Source: Macrostomum lignano (taxonomy: Eukaryota). From it: a stretch of DNA of 64,000 nucleotides. A program made the translations under genes and the position numbers. The stretch covers positions 310,001 to 374,000 of the forward strand of contig NIVC01000665.1 in assembly GCA_002269645.1 (NCBI GenBank), read 5' to 3'. Below, piece by piece: positions 47,241 to 60,344 of the stretch. A model generated the notes under the pieces. The model searched no databases. It was not told the origin of the DNA and saw only the letters and a program-made list of their open reading frames with translations. Position 1 is the stretch's first letter; every line of letters begins with the position of its first letter.

Positions 47241-49400
47241 AATTTTACATATAAACAGTATTGTATATAATCAGTTCAAAAATAATTAGGAATAAATGCT
47301 GTTCAGACAATATGATAAAATACTTGCAAGTTTTCAATAGCTCCCATGAGCCTAGAATTCCCCTTTTTATTATCTCCAAAGTAGCATTGGCATTTGTAGT
47401 CCATTATATAATAAGTAAATCTACTTGCATTACAGGGTATCTCAGCTAATAGCTAGATTTGGAATGCGACAGCCAATCACTTCTCATAAAGTAGCTTTAG
47501 CAAATAAAAGTTGAAAGGTTATTAAAATTGATAGATATGAGTATCAATCCTATTGATAATATTGCTTTGTCAAATATTTCTTTTCCTATTAGCAATATGG
47601 GAAGACTTTAAAACATTAAAGTTTATAAAAGCATAATAGACTTGAGACCATTAAAATCAATGTCATATATGAATACAAAAATACAATACATTTTTAAGGT
47701 CTTTAAACAATTGTATATGAATATTTATTAGAATATTCATTGCAACCTATATTTCAAAAGATGTACATTATGGTAGAAACTTTGGGCATATATAAACAAA
47801 CAATATGCATGAATTGGTACATCTTAAATATAGCAAAAGCCTAGCAGATATTTAGTGCACAATGGCATATAGCAAAAGCTAATCAATTTTTTTAGCTAAT
47901 AATAGGTTATCCAAACTATGTAATATATAAAATATGAGTATCCTTTTTAATTTTTTCCAAGACAATTGGTGTATACACTAATTATTTTAGTATTAATAAA
48001 TGAGAATTCAAAATGGCACTTTCCTAAAAAGTTTTAATTGATTTTAATTTGGTTAGACATTTTTAATCATAATATTGGCTAAGAAAAACACAAAGTTGCA
48101 AATTATAAATATATAAAATCTAAATATACTGATGTATTATTTATTCCAGGCTTTATTCTATTTTTATTGCTATCACACACTTTAGTTATACACTTGTCAA
48201 TATTGATTAAAGGCCTTAGTGTACAAATTGCAATTAGCCTATACATATTCTAAAAATATGCTAAAATATATTTTAACTCACATGTGATATCTTGAGTATA
48301 GAATATACTATATTTTGATAATAAATATTTAAACATATATTTATATTGCTATTAGCATTGCTAAATATAACTTTTTTACCATGATTTACAACTGTATATT
48401 GCTATAGCTATCATAGGACATATACTATTTTTAACTATATACTAGCAATGACTATACCTATTCTAATCCTAACCTTATATCCTAATCTACAGTTGGGAGT
48501 TGGACAAGATCTTAATACTTTTTAGGTCTCAATCTCACTTTCAAGATCTTATAAAAAGTCAAGAATTGCAATTATAATGCACAAGACTATCTATGGCCAA
48601 AAGGGATAGGAAATTGCTTTAGAAAATGCTTTAGCCTCTAGCTTGTATCTATAACTGCTATTTATATCATTCTATCTATGGCTCTATCTATTGCACCATC
48701 TATTGCTACTTTTATTGCCTTATCTATTGCTCTAACACTAGCTATTACTCTATGTACTATCTATAAACTGCTTTATCTAGTTCTTAGAGGCACTATTTTG
48801 TAATACCAATTCAAACTTGAAAATAATATTGAAAAACAAACTAGAAACTTGCCAATATGATTCAATATCATACTTACATTTGACATGTATTAAGTAATTA
48901 ACAAGCTTAATATTTATTATTCATTGTTTTTTTCTTTTAACATCATTATATATATTTAACAAATAACAATATTACTATACATGCACAACAGTTGACAGCA
49001 ATTTGGTCGCCAACCAAGGTAAGTTGCAAAAATTCCTATCCAAATAAATACCCAAGTAGTATAAGTAGATAACAAGGCATTTTGCCTTAATAAACCAGTC
49101 ATAGTTACTCCTGCTATTTACCCAAAGTTGCATTAATTTTGCTTTAGGGTTTCTTTTACATGTAAGTTGCATTTTTGGCCAAAAACTATGTCACATTTTT
49201 GTTAAAACTAAGTCACATGGCCAACTGAATTTGGAGGTTGCGCATATAATATATATGAATATTACCATTGATAAATAGAATAGTATAAATAGGAATTATA
49301 GTTACTTTGGTAATAGTCAGTTTGGTGAAAGTCACTTTGACATCTATTTTGGTGACAGGCCATAGTCAGAATGATGTACATTATGCCGGAAATTTCCGGT

Positions 49401-50093
49401 ATACAATTGAAAATTTTACTTTTTTTGGCGTACAATTGGCATAAAAAATGAGGCAAAATATATTTGGCGTACCTTTTGGCATGATGCCATGGCGTAAATA
49501 CACCAAGCAGCGTACACCAACTCCAACCTTCATGCCAAAGTTAATATTAACAATTGTTGGCATAACGCCATAACCTCAGAATCTTATTATAAAATCATAA
49601 AAACCGTAAAACTTGTAAGATGAAAGTTCATAACTATTTGTGATTTATAAAAATTTTAAATTCCACGCAAACTAATCGTGTTAATTTTCTAAAAAAACTT
49701 TAACAAAAAATTGATTTTTGTTGGCATTATCTGTAAGCCAATTTACTTTAAATGAAAACGACACATTTGTTAAATTTTTATTGTTAAAAAATGTGTAACA
49801 CGCAAAAATGGTCATTTATTGTTGCAAAGCCTAGAAAACCTGGTGTAAGTTCCTAGGAACTTGGCGTACATTTCAGTATGAAGTGGCGTAGATTTTTTAG
49901 GGGACTTTTTTTCTGGCGTATACCATGACATGATCCTGACTATGGGTGACAGGTTATTTTGGTGACAAATATATATATATAAATATATATTGGTAGCAAT
50001 ATATATATATATCGCCAAAAGGTATGCCAAATATATTTTGCCTCATTTTTTACGCCAATTGTACGCCAAAAAAAGTAAAATTTTCAATTGTAT
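49401..50093. mobile_element. MITE with 80-bp TIRs
   Basis: 49401-49480 and 50014-50093 are inverted copies with two mismatches, both at CpG positions. Confidence 0.8.
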
Positions 50094-50413
50094 GCCATTC
50101 ATAGACTAGAGCATTTACTTCATTATTCATAATTATAATATATTTTTATTTATTTTTAAAAGTGAATAAAAATGCATACAAATTTTCATGTATATTTGAA
50201 AACATTCTCATATATTTGCATTTCAAAATAGACTGCATAAAATATTTTATTAAATCTATTATATGAATTGAATGCCAATTACAATTACATATGTCAAGTT
50301 AGCTACAAATTAAAATGTGCATAAAATAAAACCTTAAGATCAAATCTCAGTTAACAAACTTCAGTTAATAAAAATAATATTTGTATATAACAAAGTGAAA
50401 GGCATTTAAAAAA

Positions 50414-53106
50414 GGGTATCCACGCTTTTCGGTGCCCAGAATTTTGGTGCGCCAGCTTGCTTTTCGGTGCCCAAATTATACATTGGAATTGGACACAAGA
50501 ATATAGAAATTGAGCCCTTATAATTTGGCAGTGAGTGCTTTGTCTTTGCAGTACTTACTTACTTTAAAAAACAAGGTATTATTCATTTTGTTAAGCTGAC
50601 CTGGTGTTTTAATTAAAAAAAACGGTTTTCGAAATTACTCGATTCGATTTACTTTACGTTGCTTGCCGCGTCTCATCCGCGTCAAAATTTTAAACTAATG
50701 CCCCAAATGTGCTTATAATAAAATCTTATAGATATTTTGTTGTACTTTTATTTGCGGCTTGGTTTGTCATAAATTACCATAGACTAATTTCCTTTTACAG
50801 TTCTTTCTCGCAGTTAAGTTTCTCGCCCAAGCCCTCTCGTCTTTAACTCATAAAATATATTGCAATTCAAATCTAAGTTAAGTCGTAGTTTCATTACAAT
50901 CTTATAGATTATGGTCCAATCATTTCAGCTCATCAAATAATACACACTTCATTTCCTAGGCAGTTTTATGAAACAAAACATGATCGTCGCGTATGATTCA
51001 AAAAATCAATACTAACTAAAATACATATAGACTTGTCACATTTCATAATTTCGATCAAAACTACATGTAGCATCGTTAATGGATTTCAACTTTACCTAAC
51101 TAAGTCTTTATAGCACTGGCACACTTGCTGACTGCTGCCAGATTGTATTGTATATTGGGTAATTCCACGAGATGACGGTTGTTGGGTTGGAGCAAATAAT
51201 AATCAGTAATCATACAAAAGACAAACTAAATTGAGACTTTGTGAGTTCTATATTTATGGGCGTGACCTCTAGATTGAGATGAGATACATTTTAAAGTCAT
51301 TTGTCTTACTGTGTTTATTTAGCAGAGAGAAACTTTCGATGACGGTCGTTTTTGGTGAAAGTTTATGTATCCAACTTTATAACTTAAGTTTAAGATTCCT
51401 GCGAATCAGGCAAGTTTTTGTCTCAATTGATCATTAATTGTAGTAAACAATAGCTAGATGAATGGTTACAAACAATTATTACATTTTAGTAGATAACTTT
51501 AACTGTGTTGCACATTTTTTCTTAAATGACGGTTGTTGACTGACGGTCGTTTGTTTCAAAAAACGACCTTCAGTTTTAAAAAGTGTATTAGGATGCTCTA
51601 TTTTTAGATACAATCTTGGTTAAAAGATTGTTTATAATCCATAGTTGTTCATATAAAAACTATAACTTGCTTGTCTAACCATAAAATTTATTATACCTGT
51701 TTCACATTTCAGATCAAACGTACTTATGCACCTTCAACAAAAACATCACTTCATGATTGCACAACTCAACATATGATCATAAAGATGGACAGTCCTAATC
51801 TATTCAAGAATTCAAAGAATAGAATATAACAATTAACAAAACCAAAGGCAAATACAGATTATTTGTTAGGCAATAAGCAGTAGCACCAATGGATAGTAAA
51901 AACTTGAGTCTAGTTAGACTACTTATACTGAAGATTGGGGCATGTGTTAAGGTGCATTGCAAACTAAAGTGGAGAGTTCTAGGTGCATGGTTAGTAATTG
52001 GAACAACCTTTTTAATAGTGCAGGTTGAAAATGATTTTAAGGTATCAAACAAGTAATTGACAGTATACATTTTTAATAAAAGACTTGAATTCCACTATAT
52101 TTTTCTTTACAATCAAAACTGTAAAAACTTTGAAAGAGAAATTGAATAAGTAATTCACATTAAAAAAAGACATGATTTTAGAATATCAGTAAATTCAGTT
52201 TTTTGTATAAAATTTAGGAATAAATGATAGTAATTCAAGTTTTATAAAGATCAACAAATTTCAGAATACTAGAAAATGATGGTCGTTAGGTAACTTTGCA
52301 GGGTTTTTTAGCATGATACACTTATCATAAACTAACAAAAATGACTATAAACTTAAATATAGGCTCAGAAAATATTTTAGCAAAAAATTATCAACTTATA
52401 AACCTCTTGAAAATTAGTACAACAACTTTTTGTAAAAAAAAATGATGGTCGTTTTTAACACTTTAAAAAAGGAAGTCAAACTTTTTAAAATAAAAAATTA
52501 TGATAGATAGAACTATATTAGATCATAAAACTTTATAATTTCAGTCTTTAGATATAAGAAAGAAAGATTTTTATTATTTATGCACTTGATGCATTATGTT
52601 TATTAACTTTTTTTCTTATTGAAAACTAGATTAAACTTTTTATAATGTCCTGCGGGACATTTAAAATCTTGCAAGGGTACCATGATCAAAACAAAATATA
52701 TATACCTAGAGGTAGATAAATGTGTATGAAAATACATAAAAATGAAACTATACATAATTATATGCAAAATGAAATATTCACATTTGCAAATAATTTTTTA
52801 AAAAATTTCTATACCTTTGATGACCCTATCATGGAATAACCCATTACATGATTATGTACTGTACAGCAAATGCATGCAATTAAATTGACCAGATTTTTCT
52901 AAATTTAAGAAGCATGCCAGCTTAATAAAATGAACACTGCTTTTATTAGAAATATTGAATGTTTTGTAAAGTATTTATTATATTTGTTATAGGAATTCAT
53001 TTTTATTATCATCATTTCGGCATCATAAATTGAGGCACCAAAAAGCAATTTGGGGCACCGAAATGCCAGGCACCGAAAAGCACGGGCACTGAAATGCATG
53101 GAAACC
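50414..53106. mobile_element. MULE/foldback-like non-autonomous element
   Basis: Inverted termini begin GG and carry tandem cttttcggtgcc sub-repeats (50414-50480 versus 53030-53106). A further inverted ttggtgacag-type repeat set lies at about 49290-49370 and 53205-53325. Confidence 0.55.
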
Positions 53107-56100
53107 AAAAAAAGAATGATAACTATTAATAAGAATTCCCTATCATTGATTCATTATAAAAACAAATTAGACTTATAAATAATAAATAAGCTATATTCTA
53201 TATATATATTTTGCCCCAAATTAACCTGTTACCAAAGTGGATATTACCTAAGTAACCTGTCATTAAAACAGATATCACCAAAGTGATTGTTACCAAACTA
53301 ACTGTCACGGTAACCAGTTCCCATTATAATTTTAATTATTATAAATGTGAGATAATTTTAAATGGCAGAATTTTAAATGCTTAAACAAATAGTGAGTATT
53401 CAGACAAAATGTCGATTGACATTAGGTAGAATGTCACTGATCCAATTTCAATACACGACACAGGAGCATATATATCAAATAATTTAAAATAATTAAATTA
53501 ATTATTTAAATTAAAATTTAAAATACTTAAAAATAATTTGAAAATAGGCCTAAAGTAGGCCAAAAAATATCTTACCTCCAATGACTTTTTCATCCTGTCC
53601 TCCCTGTACATCAGGATTTTGAAGAACACTTAGAAGTTCTTGTGACATTTAGCATTAGCTTTTAAGTAAAATAGACTAAAAAGCGAATGGGTCACACTAT
53701 TTTATAACTTAAGCTACTGCTAAAAGTGATAAACGTATAAAGGCTAGGCCTAGGCCTAATAAAAAATGAATTCTTTTTTGGATTAGACGGTTATCAACGT
53801 TTCGAATATCTATTCTTTGTGTCCGTAAAGAAATTTATTGAATTCGCTATCTGTTTATTTAGAGATTTAGGCTTTAGTAACTAGGCCTATGTTGCTTTTA
53901 TTGCGTTCAGAATATATACTGGTTGATGAAGCGAACCGACGTAATCCAAAGAAAACTGAAAAGTTAAAAATTGACTTGATTAAAATAAAATATTGCTTTG
54001 ATGCTGTCATATGTGTTGAAACAGGTAACAAAAAAGAGGTTCACAAAAATTTAACTGTTTAGGGACCGAGTCCTAACCGCGCCTCTTTTCCATTCCCACC
54101 TGACCGCTGCGCCCACCCGTATGGCACCAAATAAAAGAATAATAACGACGTCTATACTCCAAGTACCAGAACCTATGGCATCACCAACAATGGTTGATAG
54201 GTTTTTTGTTTTATTTAAATTTGCTTTAAGGTTTTATTAGCTAGAATGTTTAATTTCGGTGTTTTACTTTTAGTTTTTAAATAGGCATTTTAATAGGCAT
54301 TAGGTTATGCTGTAATGTAATTCGTTGAAACGAAATATTTTAAACGCTGTGGTAACGCTTATAGTAATTGCTAGAGTTGATTTTTACTATTTTAGACATT
54401 TTTCTTGGTTATTTTTCGTTTTTTACTTGTATTTTGTATTTTATTTTTTGGTACTGGTTCTGGTACTGGGAGTATAGACGTCTTAGAATTGAATACTATT
54501 CATTAAATTCTATTGAATACTATTCATTGAATACTAATTCCTTAAATTACATTAATTAAGGATTAAAAAAATTACTGGCTAATTCTAAGAATACGAAGTT
54601 ACAGACTTAAGATGTCCATGCATAACACTAAATTGTGAAATCCGCATCACATCCTTCCAAAAAATTCTGGTGCGCTTTTCACACCCTGAGTCAAATTTCA
54701 GGGTGCAATTTTTAAGACCAGGATGCTATTTGCATCCATTCACACAAAAAACCCAGCAATAGGCTAGACCTAAATTGAATTGAATAGAATGACTCAGTTT
54801 AATTGTCACTGCGGCACTGCCATAGTCAGATTCCAAAGACAAAGTTATACACTTGGAAAAACTGAGGTATTTGCAATTGGGTACAAGAATTGACTATGGC
54901 AGATTGCAAAGCACTTGTTGCTTGGCACTAATGCACTGAACGTCTTTAGGCCTAGCCAAATAGATAGAAAAAATGAAGATGTCAATAATAGCAAGCTAGT
55001 CCAACATAGGCCTAGGAAATGGTTGGGCAAAGTAACAGTTGAGGCAATCAAAAACAGAAGATGTTGCATCCTTGAGTAGATTCAATAGATATTGGCTGTC
55101 ATTGGACAAAAGCAGTTGCTTCATTTTGTGGTTAATTTTGTCTATCCTTCTAGTTTGCAGCTGACTTTGGTAGGAGTCTGAGCATTTGTAAGCAATGATA
55201 AGGCTACTTGTTCTTGTTTGGTTACGAAATAAAAAAAATTTTGTCCAATCTATCTGAATATTCTATTAGAGAAGGGTGTACACAAAAGAGAAATGCAGTA
55301 TATACCCATAGTTGATATGCTTGTAGCTATCCTACAACCCTATTGCAGCGCATGGCTTAAGTACGCCAGACGCCTACACAACCTGTGCCACGCTGTGAAA
55401 TGACTTACCTGTGAAAGAAACCCTAAAGCAAAATTAGTGCAGTTTTGGGTAAACGGCAAGAGTAACTATGACTGTCTTATCAAGCCTAAATGCCTCGGCA
55501 TCTAATTAGTACTATGTCCGTATTCTATGGGGTGGCATTTTTGCGACTTACCCCTGGTCCACCACCAATGCTGCACCGTGCAGGCTGATCCGCGCCGGAC
55601 GCCGTCCGCCAAAATGCCCATGCGCTGCAATCAGGTCCTACAACAACTAAACTTTTAGACAATAAGTTGATAAGATAAAGCATACAATACTAATGCAATA
55701 GTTCAGTTTGTTCAAAGTCTGCTTCTTCTCTACTGCTAGCCAACATGTCTTCTATAGCTAATAGTCAATAAAAGAGCTGACTTACCCAACTGAGTCATTA
55801 GCTATTAGCATGGCTAGCACGTTGAACAATGAGCTCTTCCTTTTTGGAAAGAAGCTTTCATCTGGCCTATAGCCAGGAGTCTGAAATAAAGAATGTGGAA
55901 GGGCAATAACTATCACATTCAACAGTATAATACACAAATTTTGAGATCAATAATATCTTAGTAAATAAATAAAATTAGTACCTAACTATGTGCATACTAA
56001 TAATAAAATTAATGATTATAATATGATCATTGTCTATTCACTTACTGGGATTTAGGTGCAGATGGTGCATTCCAATTATGTGTGCAATGAGAATATGCCC

Positions 56101-56329
56101 AAATGGTCTTAGAAATGAAAAAATCTGCTCACAGATCTCACATCAATGATGCCCATTCCAGATGCAATGTAGATAGAGTTGTTCAACTGAGATAAAAACA
56201 AAATTTCTGCTAAATGGTCTCTATGATATAGGGTATTGCTATATGTATTTGTATATACAGTTGCAATAAGCATGAAGATAATAATTTACACATTGCAGTT
56301 ATCATGCAATAAGTGTTTGTGGCAGGCTA

Positions 56330-57420
56330 ACTGTCCCTTATAAAATAAACAATAGGAGTACCAACAGGGGATTCATCCTTTTGGAATGTTAAAGCTAGGC
56401 TGTTTTTTCTAAGCCTTGACTAAGTAATGCAGACATACAAAATTCAATAATAGAACTTTCTATTGTGCACTTTATAAAAAACCATGTTGCAACCATCCAG
56501 GCTGTTGACATATTTCATGATTCTGACAAGGTCAAAGGGGCTAAAGGACTTGATATACCTACTGTTAAACATTTAAAGGAAATCCCATGCATGGTTAATA
56601 CTATTTACCCAACATTTTGACTCATGGCCATAGCCATGAAAAATGGGCACTGCTAGATTAGCCTTCACTTGGTTGCCCAGCTTGTATACAACATTGTAGA
56701 CAAAGGTAACAGACTCTTCTGGAACTCCAATATGCTGAACCCCCGATTGGAGAAGAGTCTTTGGGTAGATGAGACTGAAATGTGACAGGGATGGTATTGA
56801 GACATTGTATCAAAATATCTCAACTCTTAAACCAGAGCCTTTCTGTTAGTCTATTAAAGGTTCAGTTAATTTTTTATACTTAAAATTCCCTAGGAATGCA
56901 AATGTCAGAGCATGCCCAAATGAAGCTGTGATGACAGGCAATAATGAAAGAGCTTGCCTGCCATCTAATTAAAGCAAGCGCCACAGGTAGGCGCGATCTC
57001 TAATGAGATATCGATGTGTGAAAATTGAAATGGCAGGCTAGGCTTGGCAATCAAACCAGAAGCAACAGAGGCTCTTCACCTCTAGCCCATTAGAGCGTCT
57101 CTGTAGGTTGGTCAGTATCATTGCTCTTGTGCAGTTATGCTTCTTGCCATGGCCAATCTCTAATTGACAGAAAGAGCTAATGAGCTGTGGTTATGCTGCA
57201 TCAGCTGCCGACAGTGGATGTTCTCAAGATCAATCTAGACAAATGCAGCAGCGCCAGTACTATAATAGATAATGGAAGTGTCACCTTGCTGTTGTTCTTT
57301 GATCTGCTAAGTTTGCACAGTTGCAAGAGCAATATGGGTTATTTCTCATTGATAGAGGCAGACTCTGCAAGGCCAGCTACTATCTGCTCATAGTGATGAA
57401 ATAATGAAATAATGAAATAA
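56330..57420 (+). mobile_element. Heavily decayed LINE (RTE-like) reverse-transcriptase region
   Basis: One frame with scattered stops reads ...WRRVFG*MRLKCDRDGIETLYQ..., resembling the post-RT LRRIxG...RDxxxNExLY segment. Other RT motifs are only faintly recognisable. Confidence 0.35.
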
Positions 57421-57987
57421 TGAAACAAATTCAGTACAAGGCTTTCTACAAAGCAGACAGACTTTTTCTGCACTCTACATGTGATTTTTTTCCATTTGGC
57501 ATATTTCTAAAATTGGCTAGATTGGTAGTCACTGACACAAGTAGAATGCAAGAATCAAAATAATTTGGCCCTGACTTGATTGAGTGTTGGTTGCAATATT
57601 GAGTTAGCTATGAAAGTAGCAATCAATGTACATCTCTGACAGTCCAAAGCATATGTATATAGCAACAGTATGAATGTATATCCAAATGCTAATTTCAATC
57701 TTAGGTAGACACTGAGTGAGATCTAGAGTACAACAGTTTAATATCCAAGCTCGAGCATTATGCATAACATATATATTTTAGCAAAATAATTGCCTGTTTT
57801 GGCAAAAATACTTTTTGGCTATTACCATGAACTATGCATAAAATTTTAAGCGATTTATAATATTTGTATTTGTACTGGAATGGGTAGAAATAAACAAGAC
57901 TAAGATATTCAATATAACTCAAGGGATTGGACTAAATCGTTAGCTGCATTCTGTTTATTGATTAAATTATCTTCAGCCAGCACCAGT

Positions 57988-60344
57988 ATGCTGCGCCGGC
58001 AGAACCGACTCAGGCGTGAGTTCGTCTACAAGAAGAGCATTGAACAGCGGACCAGCAGATTGCCGAGAGGAAACAGAAGCTGCGAGAGACTCTGGCGGCT
58101 GGTGGCAGCTCCCAGCTTCCAGACGCCATGAAGCGGCAGGCCCTGCGCCTGCATCGGTGAGTTTATAACTCAATTTTGTAATTTAAATACATTACCGTAT
58201 TTGGCTTATCAACTGAACTTGAACACCGTCACCAATCTGCTGCACACTCGCTAAACACACCGTCACCAATCTGCTGCACACTCGCTAAACACACCGTCAC
58301 CAATCTGCTGCACACTCGCTAAACACACCGTCACCAATCTGCTGCACACTCGCTAAACACACCGTCACCAATCTGCTGCACACTCGCTAAACACACCGTC
58401 ACCAATCTGCTGCACACTCGCTAAACACACCGTCACCAATCTGCTGCACACTCGCTAAACACACCGTCACCAATCTGCTGCACACTCGCTAAACACACCG
58501 TCACCAATCTGCTGCACACTCGCTAAACACACCGTCACCAATCTGCTGCACACTCGCTAAACACACCGTCACCAATCTGCTGCACACTCGCTAAACACAC
58601 CGTCACCCAATCTGCTGCACACTTGCTAAACACACCGTCATAAATCTGCTGCACACTCGCTAAACACACCGTCACCAATCTGCTGCACACTTGCTAAACA
58701 CACCGTCATAAATCTGCTGCACACTCGCTAAACACACCGTCACCAATCTGCTGCACACTCGCTAAACACACCGTCACCAATCTGCTGCACACTCGCTAAA
58801 CACACCGTCATAAATCTGCTGCACACTCGCTAAACACACCGTCACCAATCTGCTGCACACTCGCTAAACACACCGTCACCAATTTGCAGCCACCTGGACT
58901 GGGACGGAGCAGGCGGCGAAGACGCAGACCCGGACCTGGAGCAGAGCAGCCAAGATGACGAGTACCGCTGGGCCGGCGTTGAAGACCCCAAGCTGGTGCT
59001 GACAACGTCGCGCGATCCCAGCTCCAAGTTAAAGCAGTTCGCCAAAGAGCTGCGCTTCCTATTCCCAAACTGTCAGCGAGTCAATCGGGGCAATTATCAA
59101 ACTGCCGATCTGGTCAAAGCCTGCAAAGCCAACGCTGTCACGGATTTGCTGTTGGTTAGCGAGACACGCGGCGTCCCAGACGGTCTGATTGTGTCCCATC
59201 TACCGTTCGGTAAGCGCAAGTCTTGTGCTTTATTTTCCTATTTAAGACGATCCCTATCCCGGCCCAGCCCAAAAAAGGTCCCAAGATCACTTGCATCGCC
59301 CCAGACTCGTAAGTAAAATAGCAGAAAAGTAGTGACTCTCAAGATGTTAAAACGAGATGTCACAGTACAAAGAGTCGTCTAAGGACCTTTTTAAAGCGTT
59401 TTACTGTCGGAGACTCTGAAACGACTCTGGGGCCGTAGAGTCGCATCTTCGGCGTTTTAGTGGCACTCTTCCGTCGCTAAAAAGTTGCAGAAAAAGCGCT
59501 TTAGCGTCACTTTAGAATCGCTTGCACGTCACTTCTGAGACGCTCTGGACGCGTTTCAGTCAGAGTTACAGCCTACTCAGTGTAGCCTACTGAGTTACGA
59601 GTAGTAGAAAGTTAGGCGCCAACATATCGTTTCTTGGACAATTCTTTTGCGGCTCTTACGATTTTACAACTTGCGTGACGTGATTGTGACGCAACAGTCG
59701 CCTCTCCGCCGCATTAAGCACGTTTGAGTCGTTAAAAAGTCACAAGAGTCGCACAAAAGTCGATAGACTGATGGTTAGACTTTTTAACAATTCTTGTCCC
59801 GATATGGTTTGGGATCCAATATCATTGAGTTCCATTGTTTCCCGACTGTTAAGTTTTTTGAGCCAGTGATAATTGAAAAATGCAACAATTCATGCTCTGA
59901 TCTGTGTTGCCCAATTGCACAGGCCCCACAGCGTTCTTCTCGCTGCACAATGTTCTCATGCGTCACGACATGCCCGGGGTGGGCCACCAGCCGCAGGAGC
60001 TGCCCCAGCTGGTCATGCACGGCTTTGGCAGTAAGCTGGCCCAACGACTGGCCTCAATTCTCAAGCACCTGTTCCCGGTGCCCAAGCCCGACTCGCGCCG
60101 GGTCTGCTCTTTCACGATTGTTCAGCACGACTATGTAAGCTTCAGGCAGTACAGCTATAAGACCGTTTCTGGTCAACCTGAGCTCACTGAGCACGGTCCA
60201 AGGATGGAGCTGCAGTTGTACCGTATCGTCCAAGGACCGCTAGACGAGGTGGACACAGCTGAGACCGAGTTCGTTGCTAGGCCTTACATGAATACAGCTA
60301 AGAAGAGGCGCCTCATGGCGGCGGCTGAAGAGGCAGCTGCCTGA
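57988..60344 (+). CDS. IMP4: U3 snoRNP protein IMP4 (Brix domain), with an apparent 1-bp frameshift near 58051
   Basis: Exons 57988-58156, 58890-59209 and 59923-60344. MLRRQNRLRREFVYKK, DDEYRWAGVEDPK.LTTSRDPSSKLKQFAKEL, IVSHLPFGPTAFFSL, LFPVPKPDS and ELTEHGPRMELQLY are diagnostic for IMP4. Confidence 0.93.
58224..58885. repeat. 34-bp minisatellite filling IMP4 intron 1
   Basis: caccgtcaccaatctgctgcacactcgctaaaca x ~19. Confidence 0.95.

Noticed and set aside
53575-53650. Minus-strand MSQELLSVLQNPDVQGGQDEKVIG|gtaaga as the ECM29 first exon
   Set aside because: It ends in phase 1 while the next ECM29 exon needs phase 0, and similarity to the ECM29 N-terminus is weak.
58224-58885. Regular arrays of 30-39-bp units (also at 33100, 40670 and 42325) resembling CRISPR repeats
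   Set aside because: The units are head-to-tail with no unique spacers, there are no cas genes, and the context is eukaryotic introns.
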